Positions 49,067 to 62,705 of a DNA stretch of 64,000 nt are shown piece by piece (positions within the stretch are counted from its first letter, which is position 1; each line of letters opens with the position of its first letter). The translations under genes and the position numbers were made by a program. The notes under the pieces were generated by a model. It had not been told where the DNA came from, ran no database searches, and saw only the letters and a program-made list of their open reading frames with translations. The DNA is taken from positions 6,016,001 through 6,080,000 of the forward strand of contig NC_087245.1 of NCBI RefSeq assembly GCF_037042905.1. The letters are read 5' to 3'. The DNA comes from Lytechinus pictus. Its lineage: Eukaryota.

Positions 49067-52000
49067 CAATTTTAACAGAATAAGGTAGATATAAGAGGAA
49101 AAACTACAAAATTGAAATATTTTTCATCGACATAAAATCTTTCTCGGAATGCGTTATATTCCGGCAACGCATTCCATTTTAAGTACTGCCGAGACTTCAT
49201 AAGATAGGATGTTATTACCGTTTGTCTTGCAGATATGAAAGAAGAAAGAAACAAATTGATGCAGGAAGTATTTCCAGAGCTTCGACGGTATTGTCAACAG
49301 AGGCAGCTTGAGTTTGAAGTGGTTGATATGAGATGGGGTGTACGAGATAGTGCCACAGCAGATCACCTGACATCGTTCCTATGCCTTAATGAAATTGACA
49401 GGTGTAACGTATGTCTCAGGGACCTTACTTCGTGGTAAGATTGGTTATTGGCTCATGTGCTAGGCTAACCCAGGACGATGGACAAACAGATCTATTGCAG
49501 TTTTTAATTTCACACAATGATACAATCACTTGAGAAAATTTCAAGGTTTTAATACAACTGATTTTCGAACATAATTCATAGAAGTCAATGAAATATTCAA
49601 TACTATATATCAAATCACGCAAAATAAGGCAAATATTATGTTCTTGGTCTAAGTTAATCAATTCAGCTTTAAAAAGCGTGGAATTACTTTGTCTTTGGTA
49701 ATCAATTATTCACTTTGATAAACTTAACTCATCATACATCCACTATGCAACGAAGGTGGTATAGGACCTATGATAACCGATTACATTGACAAAACAAGGA
49801 GGCAAAGCGCTAGCGCTTCAAATCCCCTTTCTCCATTTCTCTCTTCTCGAAGGTTTACCTTGATATAACCATAATCATTTCCTTAAAATTGAGCATATTC
49901 ATGAAAGTTCTGGAGAAATATCGTTAATTCTCAAAAACCTGTCGAATTTGCACAGGGTTTTCTTGGAAACAAGTATGGCTACCGACCATTGAAATCAACC
50001 ATTCAATCACGGATCTTTAAGAAGCTCATGACAATCATATCACAAAACGATCGCATAACCCAAGACGACATCAATCTTCTGAAGATGTGGTATGCAGAGG
50101 ATGCAAACGCCATTCCTCCTGTATACGCACTTCGACCTATCACAGCACTTCTTCCACATTTCCACAACAAGAGTGAACCAGACAAAGAGGGGCAGGCAAG
50201 GAGAACCTGGTGGGAAATGTATACCAAGATGAGGAATGTCTTTGACGAATTTGCCAGATCGTCAGCAGCGATGGAAGTTTACAGCGAACAGGAAATCCAT
50301 TCCTTCGTCATGTCAGGTAATTTCAAGTTCTAAAAAATACACGTATTGAAGTTGGGGATTTGAAATGTGGTATATGTGCTTTGAAACAATTCACATACCT
50401 TTAGTTACCATGTCCTAATTGATATGTCTATGAAGACCTCATGATCCATCTCCTAAGCATACCTTTATAGACCAGTTTAGAATGTCATGAACAAGTTTTC
50501 TCATGATATTACGTAAACAAGTATGACATAGCAGGATGTAGAAATTACATAGACCAGGTGACTAAAGTAGCACATAAACGAACATCATTTATGGGGGTAT
50601 TTGTTGCATTTTTTACTTTGAAAATGAAAATGAAAATCTATATTTATAGTTCTAAATAGAAATATAAAATAGAAATACTCCAAATACTCGTTTTGCCCAT
50701 TTGATAGTGGGACCAGCAGTCACTAGCTGTGTAGCGCCATATCGATAAATTCTATGGTTTGAAGAGATAGATAACAATGAGACAAATAAAACACTGACAA
50801 TTTTATTAATATCGGACAAGGAATAACAAAGTGATGACATTATAAAACTTTGTATTATTTTGGTGGAGCAGTTCTATGTATGTCTCAAAAAAAATTCAAT
50901 GAGCAAATCGATGATGTCATATCCCACTTTTATTACATGGAAAGATGTTTATTCAATTTATTTCCTCCAATGCATATTCATTGCTGTAACTTACTTTAAA
51001 ATAAGGGAGACATATCATATACACATGTATGAAAATATCAAATGATTATGATTTCATAAGTTAAACAGCAGTCACTATTTAATGCATTGCTTTCCAGTGG
51101 ATCTAATAAAACACAATTTAAAAGAATAACCAAAAATTCAATTTGATGTTTATCTCATTGATTATGAAACCATCATTCAATATGAGTACAAATTACCTTC
51201 TTCTGAAGCATAAAAGTATTCTATTCTGGTCTACTCCTTTCGTGTTAATGCCCGTAATCCCTCTTTGAATGAAAATGTCTACTTCATTTTTCCATTTGTG
51301 ATTATGTTCATTTACGGAAGAGGAAATAAGACATGCCCTGAAAGACAACACAAACATTCAAGATACATGTTTGTTCTTTATACGAGATTTTCAGAATCTT
51401 GTTCCTTCTAGAGAAAATAGAGGTTTAGTTGCAGACTATGCTGACGTGGAAATGATAAAGTGAGTATCGCTCATCTACATTTTGTACTAAGTCATTCATT
51501 CTTCCAAAGTACCAATGCGTACAACATATTCTGGTTTGGAGGGGGAGTCCACGGAATAATTCTAAACAACATGAATAAGTGATTACCTTTTTCATGTGTA
51601 TTTTAGTACTTGCTTAAATCTGCTAGAGTTTGAATATAAGTTTCTTCTTTATTTGGGATGGCTTTCTGGTCTAAAACTTCAATCCTTTCTCGAGAACGTA
51701 GGGAAAGTTTGTCCTGGATAAAATTCATTCAAATTTTTTTTCGTCTTCAAGGGATGGAGATGATGTCCAATTCAACAGGTTTCCTCAAGACAAACTCTCC
51801 ACATTGAAGGCAAATTACATTCCAAGTGTAGTCCCATCTGATTCAGTCATGAAGTACAATATACCCTGGACCGAGAAGGGTTTCAACCCAACAGATTGTA
51901 AGGAGCACATAAAGTATCTGAACGACATGTGCAAAGTCTTTGAAAAGCGGATGAAGGATATGATAGAGAAGAGCCTGCAGAATCGAAAGATGTTTACTAG

Positions 52001-55000
52001 AAATTTACTCCAGATAAACATATACAAAGAACTTCTACACCATTCATCCTTCTGTAAAATCAAATACAGGTTGGTATAGCCCCAGCCCTTGCTCTTTAGC
52101 TGAAAGCATATGTAACTAATTAAACATAAAAATTCTGAGTGCATATAATAATTCAATCAGAAAGTATTTGGTATTGAATTAAAACTGTGTTCAGAAATAT
52201 TGCAACATATTATGTAAGGGTACGTGTTGATATGGGTAGAAGTAATTGGGTATTTACACAAATTCAACATTTATATATTAATATCTGGGACAGGCCTAGC
52301 TTGACCGACCAGACAGGGTCCGAAAAACGAAACATGAATCGGGGCTCGAACTTCAGACCTCTCAACAAGTTTGCAACTTCCACGCGTAGCTAGCTCGTGT
52401 CTGGAGAATGATGACATGCAAATGATGTGCTGATTTTCATTACCTTTTATATACTGCAGCACATTTCAAGGACGAGAGGATTTGATGGGTTCAATCCAGG
52501 CTTGCCTTACAGCTAATCTTGGAAGGCCATTGATTATTCATGGTGTGTCCGGATCAGGAAAGACCTCTATCATGGGAATGGTAGCCAAACACAGCAAATA
52601 ATTTTTTGGAAGGAATTGCGTGACAGTTCTACGATTCCTTGGAACGTCAGTACAGACATCTTCAATACACATGACACTTCAAAGCATATGTAGACAGGTA
52701 GCTGACTCATCTGAAATTAAACGTTTAACAAGCTTTTTTTTTCATTTCCGTTTACTCATTGAAAGCTACTTAAAGCATTGGAGTAATTCAACCCACGAAG
52801 TATTCACATTTGCTTCTATAATATTTATAATTATGTCCGAAGTATTTCTTGTATTCTTAAGGGCATGGATTTCATAACCATATAATTATTTTTCATTTAC
52901 TTCAATCACACTGAAAACCTCTCTGAACCACCAGAACAAAGTCTTTTCATAAATAGCATGGGAAAGATCCAGTGTATAACTCACACAATCTTATACCAAG
53001 AATAAAATATTCGAATCCATCCAGAGCAACTGTAATTAGTGTGATAGTTGATTAATATACCCAGTGGATATTTCATGGATTCTTCTCATTTATTTTATCT
53101 AGATCTGCATTGCATATGGAGTGGAGCAACCTGCAGATGATCACCTGGATGATTTCTCAGAAACAGTTCAGACATTCAACAACTTGATCAGAACAGTTCC
53201 ATCCAAAGAAAGGTCTCTTCTATTACTCCTAGATAGCATTGACCAACTGGCTTCCAATAATAATGCTCATATGATGAACTGGTTACCCAAACACCTCCAT
53301 GAAAACACCCATATTGTTGTCTCCATGCTTGAAGAAGAGCACCAATGCCTTAAAAATATCAAAGTGGCTTTGAAGGATAACAGATGCTACATTAAAATGG
53401 ACCCTTTGGAAAAAGATAATGGTCTTGCAATCATGAAGAGTTTGCTAAAGAGCAGAGACAGAACACTGACGCGTGAGCAAGTCGACATTGTGACAGATGC
53501 CTTCATAAAATGTCCTCAGCCCTTGTTCTTGAAACTGTTGTTTGAAGAATTTGTGAGCTGGCCATCTTTCAAGAAGATAGAAGAGATAAATCTTCCTGGT
53601 AATATTTCTGAAGCTATATTGTCCTTGTTCAAAGATCTAGAAGATCGACATGGAAGACTCTTTGTAGCCCATGCTCTTGGTTATCTGACAGCAGGAAAGA
53701 GTGGTCTGACAGAAGCAGAGATAGAAGACGTCCTTTCGTGTGATGACAAAGTCCTCAATGATGTCTATCAGTACTGGGATCCTCCTGATGAAGACATTGT
53801 TCGAATTCCTCCATCTCTGTGGAAGAGGTTACGTCTGGACATTGACGAATTCATTACTGAACGTCAAGCAGGTGGAAAGACTGTGCTCGCTTGGTATCAC
53901 CGACAGTTCATTGAAACTGCTCAGAAAATGTATCTTGGCGACCCTTATACCAATGTAGCTAGGCACCAGCTACTTGCTGACATGTTTAGGGGAGAGTATA
54001 GTGATAGTGCTATCAAACCAATTACACTACATGGTCGTAAGAAGGAATTCAGAAAGGCTGATCGCCAAGCAGCAGCTCAACCACTAATGTTCGGAGACGA
54101 TGTTTTCAATTTGCGCAAGTTGCAAGAACTTCCATATCACCTCATGCAATGTACACCTGTAGATTGCTTTCCAAATGGTTTGATTAAGTACGTGATGTAA
54201 AACTATGAATGGATTTTAGCCAAGTTGAGAGCTTTAAGTTTAATAGAGCTTGTAGATGACTTCATGCAGTATGATGACGAGAGCGCTCTTCTGATAGATG
54301 CACTTTACCTCTCGGGGAGCAATATCAAGGAGGACCCGTTTGCATTGGCAGGCCAGTTAATTGGTCGATTGACTGACTTCGAGGATGTATATCCAAATAT
54401 TGGAAGACTTCTTCAAGAAGCCAAGTCCTGGATGCAAACAACTACTCTGTCTCTCATAATTCCCAGAGGTGCATGTCTTATCCCTCCTGGAGGGCAGTTA
54501 AAAGCATATCTTGCAGGTCATCCAAATAGAGTCGAGGCCATTCGATATGCATGTTCTGTAGGCATGCTTGTAACCATCTGTAAAGATAATGATGGACAAC
54601 CAATGGCAAATGTATGGGATGAACCAAAGATAGAACTCATTCACACCCTCGAGATAAAAGCTAAGCAAAAAGCTTCAGGTAAATTGACACTCGTTCTGAG
54701 CCCTGATGGGAAACATGTTGTCTTTGGTTGTCAAGTGCTTGGTGTGTTCGCTCTTTCTAGTGGGTCACTGGTTTGCAAGTTGGAAACTGGAAAGAACCAT
54801 GCTATCAGCTCATGCACGATACAAGAAGATGGGTGTCATGCTGTAGCTGGTGCAGAAAAGGGCACAAATGTGTACTTGTGGGATTTGAGAAATGGGCGAC
54901 TCCTGATGAGCTTGAATCATCCTGCAGCTGTTCATTTTACCTTTTTCGAAGGCAATTCTGAGATTCTGTCCGTCTGTCAAGATGGCCGTATCAGACGATG

Positions 55001-56769
55001 GTCAATCAATACCAAGGACTGCATTCACTGTTTTGAGGTTCATAGGGCTGGTGATATCAGGGAAGCAACTCGCTCAGCAATGAATAAGACCATGATCACG
55101 GGAAGTTACGATGGAACTATCAAGATATCAAGCTATCTCCATGAAGAACACAATTCAAGCATTACGCTCAAAGCACACAGGAAAGCCATATCATGCCTCT
55201 TGATTTTGTCAGAAAACCGACTTGCTTCTGGTTCTGGAGACTCTGTTGTTTACATCTGGGATATGGTGACAGGAATGGCGATATTGTCCTTCAAAGGTTA
55301 GTCGTAATTTTGTAGTCAATTGTCTCTCAGAAAGCTGTAAACCTGTAGATTTCTGCGTTTTTAGATAAATCTTCTGTTACAGTAGGTACATTGAAATAAT
55401 TTTTTTGTTAAAGAAGGTGCATCTACTTTATAACGTGCAAAATCTTATATGGAAATTAAATTATTATTAAGGAGTACGTTTAGAGGTTTTCCTCAAGACT
55501 GGAGATATATCCTCTTTATTTAATACATGTAGGTCATGTTGGGATGATCACATCTCTATGGTTTGGTGAAGCTGACCAGAGTGTTGCTGACTCACGAGAG
55601 ATTCTGGTAACTGGATCAAAGGATGATTGCCTGAATGTGTGGAGTCTGAACACTGACCACACTGAGAATTCTCTCATCACCTCCTTAGAAGGACATTCAT
55701 CATTGATTACATATGTAACAGGATCAAGCAGTCAGAAAATATACTCTGCATCTAATGATAAAAGTGCTAAAGTATGGGACTACAAACGAAATACGGTGAG
55801 CATGGCCTGGAAGTTGATTAGCTTTACACTAAAAAAAGAAAATATCACATCTAATCTCAGGCATTGTCGATCATTTCTCTTTCACATCACAGGTGATAAA
55901 AAGGGAGAGGCACAAAGAGCATGTATTTGGACTTGTCTTTGGACCTGACAAATCAACAGTCATTACGAGTGGACAAGAAGGAACTGTCAAGTTCTCAAGA
56001 TTCTCTGACTGCCAGGTGATCCGCCAAGAATCTGGGTTTGCATACACTCTCTTGATAAGCAGTGATGGCAAGAAGCTGATAGGTGGAATGGTCGATGAAG
56101 GCGTGGTCCGTGTATGGGATGTTGTTCAATCAGAGGACAGGAATAGTACATTCGATCTTAAAGGTCATGACAAGGATGTTCTGTGTATTATCCAAGGTCA
56201 TGATGACGAGATCATCACAGGGTCACTGGATACAACGGTTAAACTGTGGTCACTGGAATTAAAGTCTTGTCTGAAAACACTCGAAGGTAACTATGTGTGT
56301 CTAAACATGTAAGGGAAATCCAACCTTTGTGACAAATAATTTGCATGAAAGAAGATATGTGAAAGCATATCAGTGAAGGTATTTTTTAAGGTATGCCTAT
56401 TTGAAAACTGAGACCACAAAGGCTTTGTAAGTATAAATTTGGGAGCAGATTGGGATTGTGGTTGGGAAAACTCCCCCATTTGTCGTGTCCTAATTTATGA
56501 GCAATATGTGGTTTTCTCCTAAGCACCTTTCCACCAGGGAGGTTGTACAACATAAACAGATTCTTGTTATATTCCCTTATAAAAGAAAACATATTAATAC
56601 CATAACTTTGAAAAATATGACCATTTGAAATTTTTATTGGAACAAATTTTGAGTTTTGTTAAAATGGACGATTTTAAAAATTAATCAGAAATCAATTTTA
56701 GGTATCTATTTTACACTGACATAAACCTGCTTCCCTGGATATAAATCAAACAGTAGATTAATGTTGTAG

Positions 56770-57440
56770 TTTATTATTTATTATTTATTTATTTATTTTG
56801 TTTTATTTATCTTATACTGCAGGGTAGGCCTGTTCAGTTCTTAAAACTGCTTTACAAAGGCGCCCTGCAGTTTAAAATACATGTCAAGATAACTATGAAC
56901 AACAACAACAACAACAAACAACATCAAAAATACAAAATACAAAATATCTAACATCAGAAACAATTAACACCAAATTATAGAGTGGGAAGTGACAATTTAA
57001 ACATACATAGCATTGTAAATCAATGGAATATCATTTCGCTCTTTATCAATTCGTATGAAAGGCTTTGCATAATTTTTTAAAAACTAACAAGGAGGTACAA
57101 ACTTGTAAATTTGAAGGAAGTGCATTAAATAATTTGGGTCCGACATATGCGAAAGATTTTCTTTTATGTTAAATTCTAGCTTTGGGAAGCTGAAGGGGGC
57201 ATCGTAAAGAAAACCGTATCCTGTATTTCACGGGCCGTTTACATACTAAAGGTTTTAAATAATTTGGAACTAAATCATTCATTATTTTATATACAAGAAC
57301 ACATACTGATATTTTATACGCTGATCTACTGATTGCCACTTCAGTGACTGCAACAAAGAAATTTGTGATGTATTATAATCTTTTTTCAAAAGCATTCTGG
57401 CATATTTATTTTGAAGTTTTTGTATCTTATCTAAGTTTAA
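56770..57440 (-). mobile_element. 5'-truncated LINE (ORF2 C-terminus + 3'UTR) in an NWD intron
   Basis: Minus strand reads LDKIQKLQNKYAR..LKWQSV..KSFAYVGPKLFNALP, homologous to the ORF2 end at 1264-1660; (TTTA)n tail. Confidence 0.88.
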
Positions 57441-58082
57441 TGAGTTTAATTAAGGTTTTAATGACTTTTATTTCTTGACAACTTCCAAAATTTCCTAAAT
57501 ATGATTTCTGTTTCATTTCTTAATTAAGGGCACAAAGGTTCTGTTGAAATTGTGAAAGTGACAAAGCAAGAAGCAGTCACTCTGATCCTATCAGCAGATA
57601 GTAAGGGTATGCTGAATATCTGGAAATATAAGACAGGAGATTGTCTGCTATCAGCTAAAGAGCACAGGGCATCAATACGATGTCTTTCTGTATCTGATGA
57701 TGGTAAGAAGTGTTTCTATTTGTTCATACTCTGGGATTATATATTTTTCCTTTCATGTCATTAGAGCAGTCTCTAACATTGCTGTTTGTTTAGGGGTTTG
57801 GGGGATGTTACTAAATTTACTTCTGAGGTACATTTAATACTTGTTTGTATTGTGACAAAACATTATTAGCAGTACCCTAGAAACAAAAAATGACACAACA
57901 AATATTATGCTAATAATACATAATATTGAGAGCATTATACAGATTTACATGTGCAAGGTAACTTTAGAATATTTCTAAGTAGTCCAGATGTTAGAACTTA
58001 GTCCAGATTGGACTTTGATGTGTGGAAGCTCTCTTTCCCAAAGCTAACATACAGTAGAGGGATCCAGACTCCCAGTCCTTAA

Positions 58083-58587
58083 CCCTAAAAGGACTTGGCT
58101 ATTTGAGATGTATTGAGGACTGGGGGCATGATGCCCCCCCCCCCCCCTCCCCTTCTGATCTCGGCCGCCGTTCGTGCGATCGCGCCAAAATTTGGCACGC
58201 ACATTCTTTTCCACGTAAACTACAAGCCAGTACAAAAAAATCTGAAAACGATTATTTTCTATTTATTATGAATAAAATATGCACATTTATTTTTTGTGAA
58301 AAACATTATTTGCATATTTAACACCCAATTTCACTTCAAATTGTCTTCTTTTCTTTCCAGATGTCATCTTTTTAATCTAATTTAAAGGTTTCCACAAAGA
58401 AAAATTGCAAAAGCTAATTTTTTCCTTATGTATTTCTTTGTTTTTTTTATTTCTTACGTATTTCTATGTTGTTTCATCTTTTGTTTTTCATTGTTTTTTT
58501 AATAGAAATTATTACAGAGCATTTACCAACTAAATTAAACCCTAAATTAATTAAGGGGACCGATCAGATTGAAAAGTCATTTTAGGG
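58083..58587. mobile_element. piggyBac-type MITE
   Basis: TTAA|CCCTAAAAGGACT ... AGTCATTTTAGGG|TTAA (12/13 TIR; TTAA at 58079-58082 and 58588-58591). Confidence 0.8.
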
Positions 58588-59120
58588 TTAAAGGACAAGT
58601 CCACCCCTACTACATGTTGATACGAATAAAAAGAAAAAATCCGACAGGCATGACACTGAAAATTTCATCAAAATTGGATGTAGAATAAGAAAGAAATAAC
58701 ATTTGAAGTTTTGCTTAATTTCACAAAACAGTTGTACATCCTGGGACCCATTGCATAAAAAATATTATCAGAATCAAGGATTTTATGAAAGTTACCAGTA
58801 GACGGCGAAGTTACCATAATGGTATCTTTTAGGCAACGGAGCCCTGGACGGTATGCAAATGAGGGGACTGATGACATCTCCCACTATTTCTTTATATTTC
58901 ATAATATTTTATGAAATATGGAACATTATAATTTCATACTCATTGTTCTAACATAGCTGAGGAAATTTGTACTGCTCGAAATTTAACAAGTATTTGTAAT
59001 TTTTCTAATGCCTGAGCAAAATGATGTTTATTATATGTTTAAAAATAAAGTGGTTTGGATCCCTATTATTTGATAAATCATCCTTATCTCAAACCATGAA
59101 TAGTCAATAGACCTGGGGGT

Positions 59121-59178
59121 GTTTCACAAAGATTTAAGTATGACTTAGATTTAAGTCATACTTAAATCTTTGTGAAAC
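59121..59178. repeat. Perfect 27-bp hairpin, probably a collapsed MITE
   Basis: GTTTCACAAAGATTTAAGTATGACTTA-gatt-TAAGTCATACTTAAATCTTTGTGAAAC. Confidence 0.85.
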
Positions 59179-59391
59179 AAAGGTCATTGGTACCAGTCAT
59201 AGGCAAATTTTCATTTCAGCTGAAATATATGACTGGTCACATGGTTAAAAATCAACCAATTATCGGGATATTTATCAACATTTTATAATATATGCTATCT
59301 CTAAAGAAACAAACTACATGTTAAAATATCATTTCCCTTTAATAAAACTTTAATATATCTGCATGTACGATTGTCTTCCTGGCTAAAGATC

Positions 59392-62167
59392 TTGGAGATC
59401 TGAACTGTGATATGTCTCCATGCTATATTGATTCTATGTCTCGATCTCTTGATGAAATCATGACTGGTTTTTTATTTGATCAATTAATTGATATACCAAC
59501 ACGAGTGACGACAACGTCACAAACTATTATTGATCTTATATATTCCACTGATATAGACAACCACTTAATGAATGGAGTAATAAAAACATCTTTCAGTGAT
59601 CACTATATGATTTTTACTGTCTACGGTGATACAGATATTAATCAAAAAGAAAATATTATAGAATGGAGAGAGTTTAAAGGCTTTGAATTCTCTGAATTTC
59701 AGTCTTTATTATCCCAAGTTCATTTTGAAGATGTATATCAATGTGAAGATGTAAATTGTGCATGGGACATATGGTACAAGCCGCTGATGGAAATTATAAA
59801 CAAATGTGCACCATACAAAAGAAAACGTATACGAAACAAGGCGTGCCCGTGGGTGACAGGTGATGTAATTGCATTGATGAATACTAGGGATTACTTACAT
59901 GAAAAAGCAATCAAACTGTCGTCATCATATCTTTGGAATCAATATAAAAGGTATAGAAACCTGGTGACAAGGTAACTCAATAAGCTTAAAAAATCATATA
60001 TTACATCTTTATTAGATGTTAAATCATGTAACGCAAATGCACTGTGGGATGTTATGCGGCGTCTGACTAAGAAAAAGCAACCTAAAAATATGACATTGAA
60101 CGTAAACGATGCCGAAATATCTGACTTGAAAGAAATTGTTGAGCTCTTCAATACATATTTTATTGACTCAGTTCAGGAACTCACTAACAATTTTGAACAA
60201 AGTGTTGAGAATTCCAAAGAGTGTGAACACATTAATGAAGAAAATTCGGAAAAGCAGACAAAAAGTGATTTGTTTAATTTCTCTATTATTTCTATAGATT
60301 TCGTCATCAAAGAGATAAAATCTTATAGTTGCAAAAAAGCAACTGGATATGACGAACTCTCCGTCAAAATACTGAAATATATTTGTGATATTCCTTGTGT
60401 AATTGGAAGCTTAGTATATATATTGAATTTGTCCTTAAAGTCTTCTGTATACCCTGATGCTTGGACAATAGCCAGAGTCCAACCGATTCCAAAAGGAGGG
60501 GATTCAGCCACACTGAAACACTACAGGCCTGTATCTATACTGCCGATTTTATCTAAAATAATCGAAAGGGCAGTGTATTTAAACGTATTTGATTATATAT
60601 CTCAGAAAGACTACTTATATAAGAATCAGTTTGGGTTTCGCCCTAAGCATTCATGCGAAACAGCTTTACTATGCATGGTGAATCAATGGTCAGAGAATGT
60701 AGATAAAGGACACCTGAATGGTATAGCTTTTATAGACCTTCGACGTGCATTTGATACGGTTAACCACTCCCTACTATTAGATAAATTATATCAATATGGA
60801 TTCTCACCTAGTGTCATCAAATGGTTTGATTCTTACTTGAAAAACCGCCGACAATATGTATCTTTAGGAAAAGAAAAATCTACTCTACGAAACATTACAA
60901 TGGGTGTGCCACAGGGTTCGATCTTAGCCCCGATACTTTTCACTTTATTCATTAATGATCTCCCAAACGCTATACCAAAATGGCACCGTTTACATGTATG
61001 CTGACGATACTACTATTTTTGTTTGTGGGGATCGACGCAAGAGGTTGAGCTAAAACTGTCAAAAGCTCTAGGGATTTGGACTCTTGGCTCAATAAAAACA
61101 AGTTGATTTTGAATAGTGACAAGACCAAAACGATGCTACTAGGATCAAAACAAAAGCTAAGGTCACTAGACAGCAATATGCTATCGATAGTGTTAAATGG
61201 ATGTCAATTGGAATGTGTAAATGAATATAAATGTTTAGGAGTTATCATAGATAACAATCTCGACTTTAAAAAACATGTTGACAGCATAGCTTTAATTGTA
61301 AAACAAAAACTAGGAACTATTCGCCGCTGTAAACAGTATTTTGATAAAGCACAATTGAATAAGCTGTATTGGGCTTTTTTAATGCCCCATATAATGTATT
61401 GCTGTACCGTCTGGTCGGGAAGATCTGAAATTAATCACAGTAAGTTAGAGATATTACATAAGAGGGCAGCATACATGGTATCTAACTTCTCTTGGGAAAC
61501 TCCATCTGAACAAATTTTCAAAATATTATCCTGGCCCAAAATACGCAATGTCTTTTTTAGAGCATCTCGCTTAAAGGTTCATAAATGTTTACACGAAGCT
61601 GCTCCCCAGGTGCTTTGTGATAAGTTTATTTATATAGAGAAAATATCCTCCCGAACAACTAGAAGCACAAATAAGATGATAATCAGGGTGCCATATGCTC
61701 GTACAACCTTTTATCAGAAATCATTTTTTGTCAGAGGCCCATTACATTGGAATAAACTACCCGAACACCTCCGATTCATAGAAAACATTAAACAGTTCAA
61801 ACGGGAAATGGCTAAATGGGAAAAAACCTTTAATATGTAATAGGGACTAATGGTGGAATCTATTTTATTCTTTCTCCTCATTTTGTACTTATTTTATCTC
61901 TTTTCATATGTATATAATGTTTTCGTTTAGTTTTAGGTAACATCTGTACAGTATCATATTTTATTTGTTCTGTTATTTTCCATAGTTAATTATGCTTATT
62001 TCATTTCATTTTTTTTCAATATTAGTATTTATGCTCTATTCTTTGTTTATATTTGAATATGTTACCATGTTTTATATTTGTGTTTGTTCACGAAGGGCCT
62101 CAACGAAAACCAGCTTGTTGCTGATTGAGCTACCCTTCTTTTAAATATTTGAAATAAATAAATAAAC
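59392..62167 (+). mobile_element. 5'-truncated LINE (CR1/L2 group) in NWD intron 10
   Basis: Starts at APE GDLN; SDH, YRPVSIL, DLRRAFD, PQGSILAP, YADD; TAA at 59973-59975; frameshifts near 60977 and ~61030; ORF end 61840; (AATA)n tail at 62153-62167. Confidence 0.92.
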
Positions 62168-62619
62168 TTCTTTTGCACAATATTGTCTTTGCTGTACGAG
62201 ATTTTAATCAAAGCCCCATATTCAATTTCACAAGAGTGGAAAAAAGTCACAGCTTTATAGCTTCATAATGAGTTGTATATGTATTTTAAAAAGTATAATT
62301 GCATATCATCTCCGCAGGTAAATATGCGGTTACAGGAGGAAATGACAAGAAGGCCCTACTCTGGTCATTGGATTCATCAGATGGTTTTTTGGTAAGGTGC
62401 TACAACGTTTGGCAGTACATACATCAGAGGTAACGTGTGCTATCTTCATGCACGATGGTAGAATGATTATCACAGCTTCACATTCAGGAAGCAAACAGCT
62501 CTATATGTGGAATATATCAGGAGATGAAACAGACAAACAGTAAGTAATCTGTCTTTCTTTCTTAAACTACAAACTTCATCCTTTATTCTTTTTCTCCTTT
62601 GAGTGTCCAACCCTACATT

Positions 62620-62705
62620 ATAATAATAATAATAATAGCGGTATATTTACCCAGGGTAGCCGCTTCAGTTCCGAAAACTGTTCTCCCAGCGGGCCCTGCT
62701 ATTTG
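62620..62705 (-). mobile_element. Short L2-type LINE/SINE 3' tail fragment
   Basis: Minus strand GGGCCCGCTGGGAGAACAG..CTGAAGCGGCTACCCTGGGTAAAT..(ATT)n. Confidence 0.6.

Noticed and set aside
41784..54200. Idea that the UCA tRNA suppresses the premature stops in this window
   Set aside because: The in-frame stops are TAA (2307, 52599, 54198, 59973) or TAG (41784); none is TGA.
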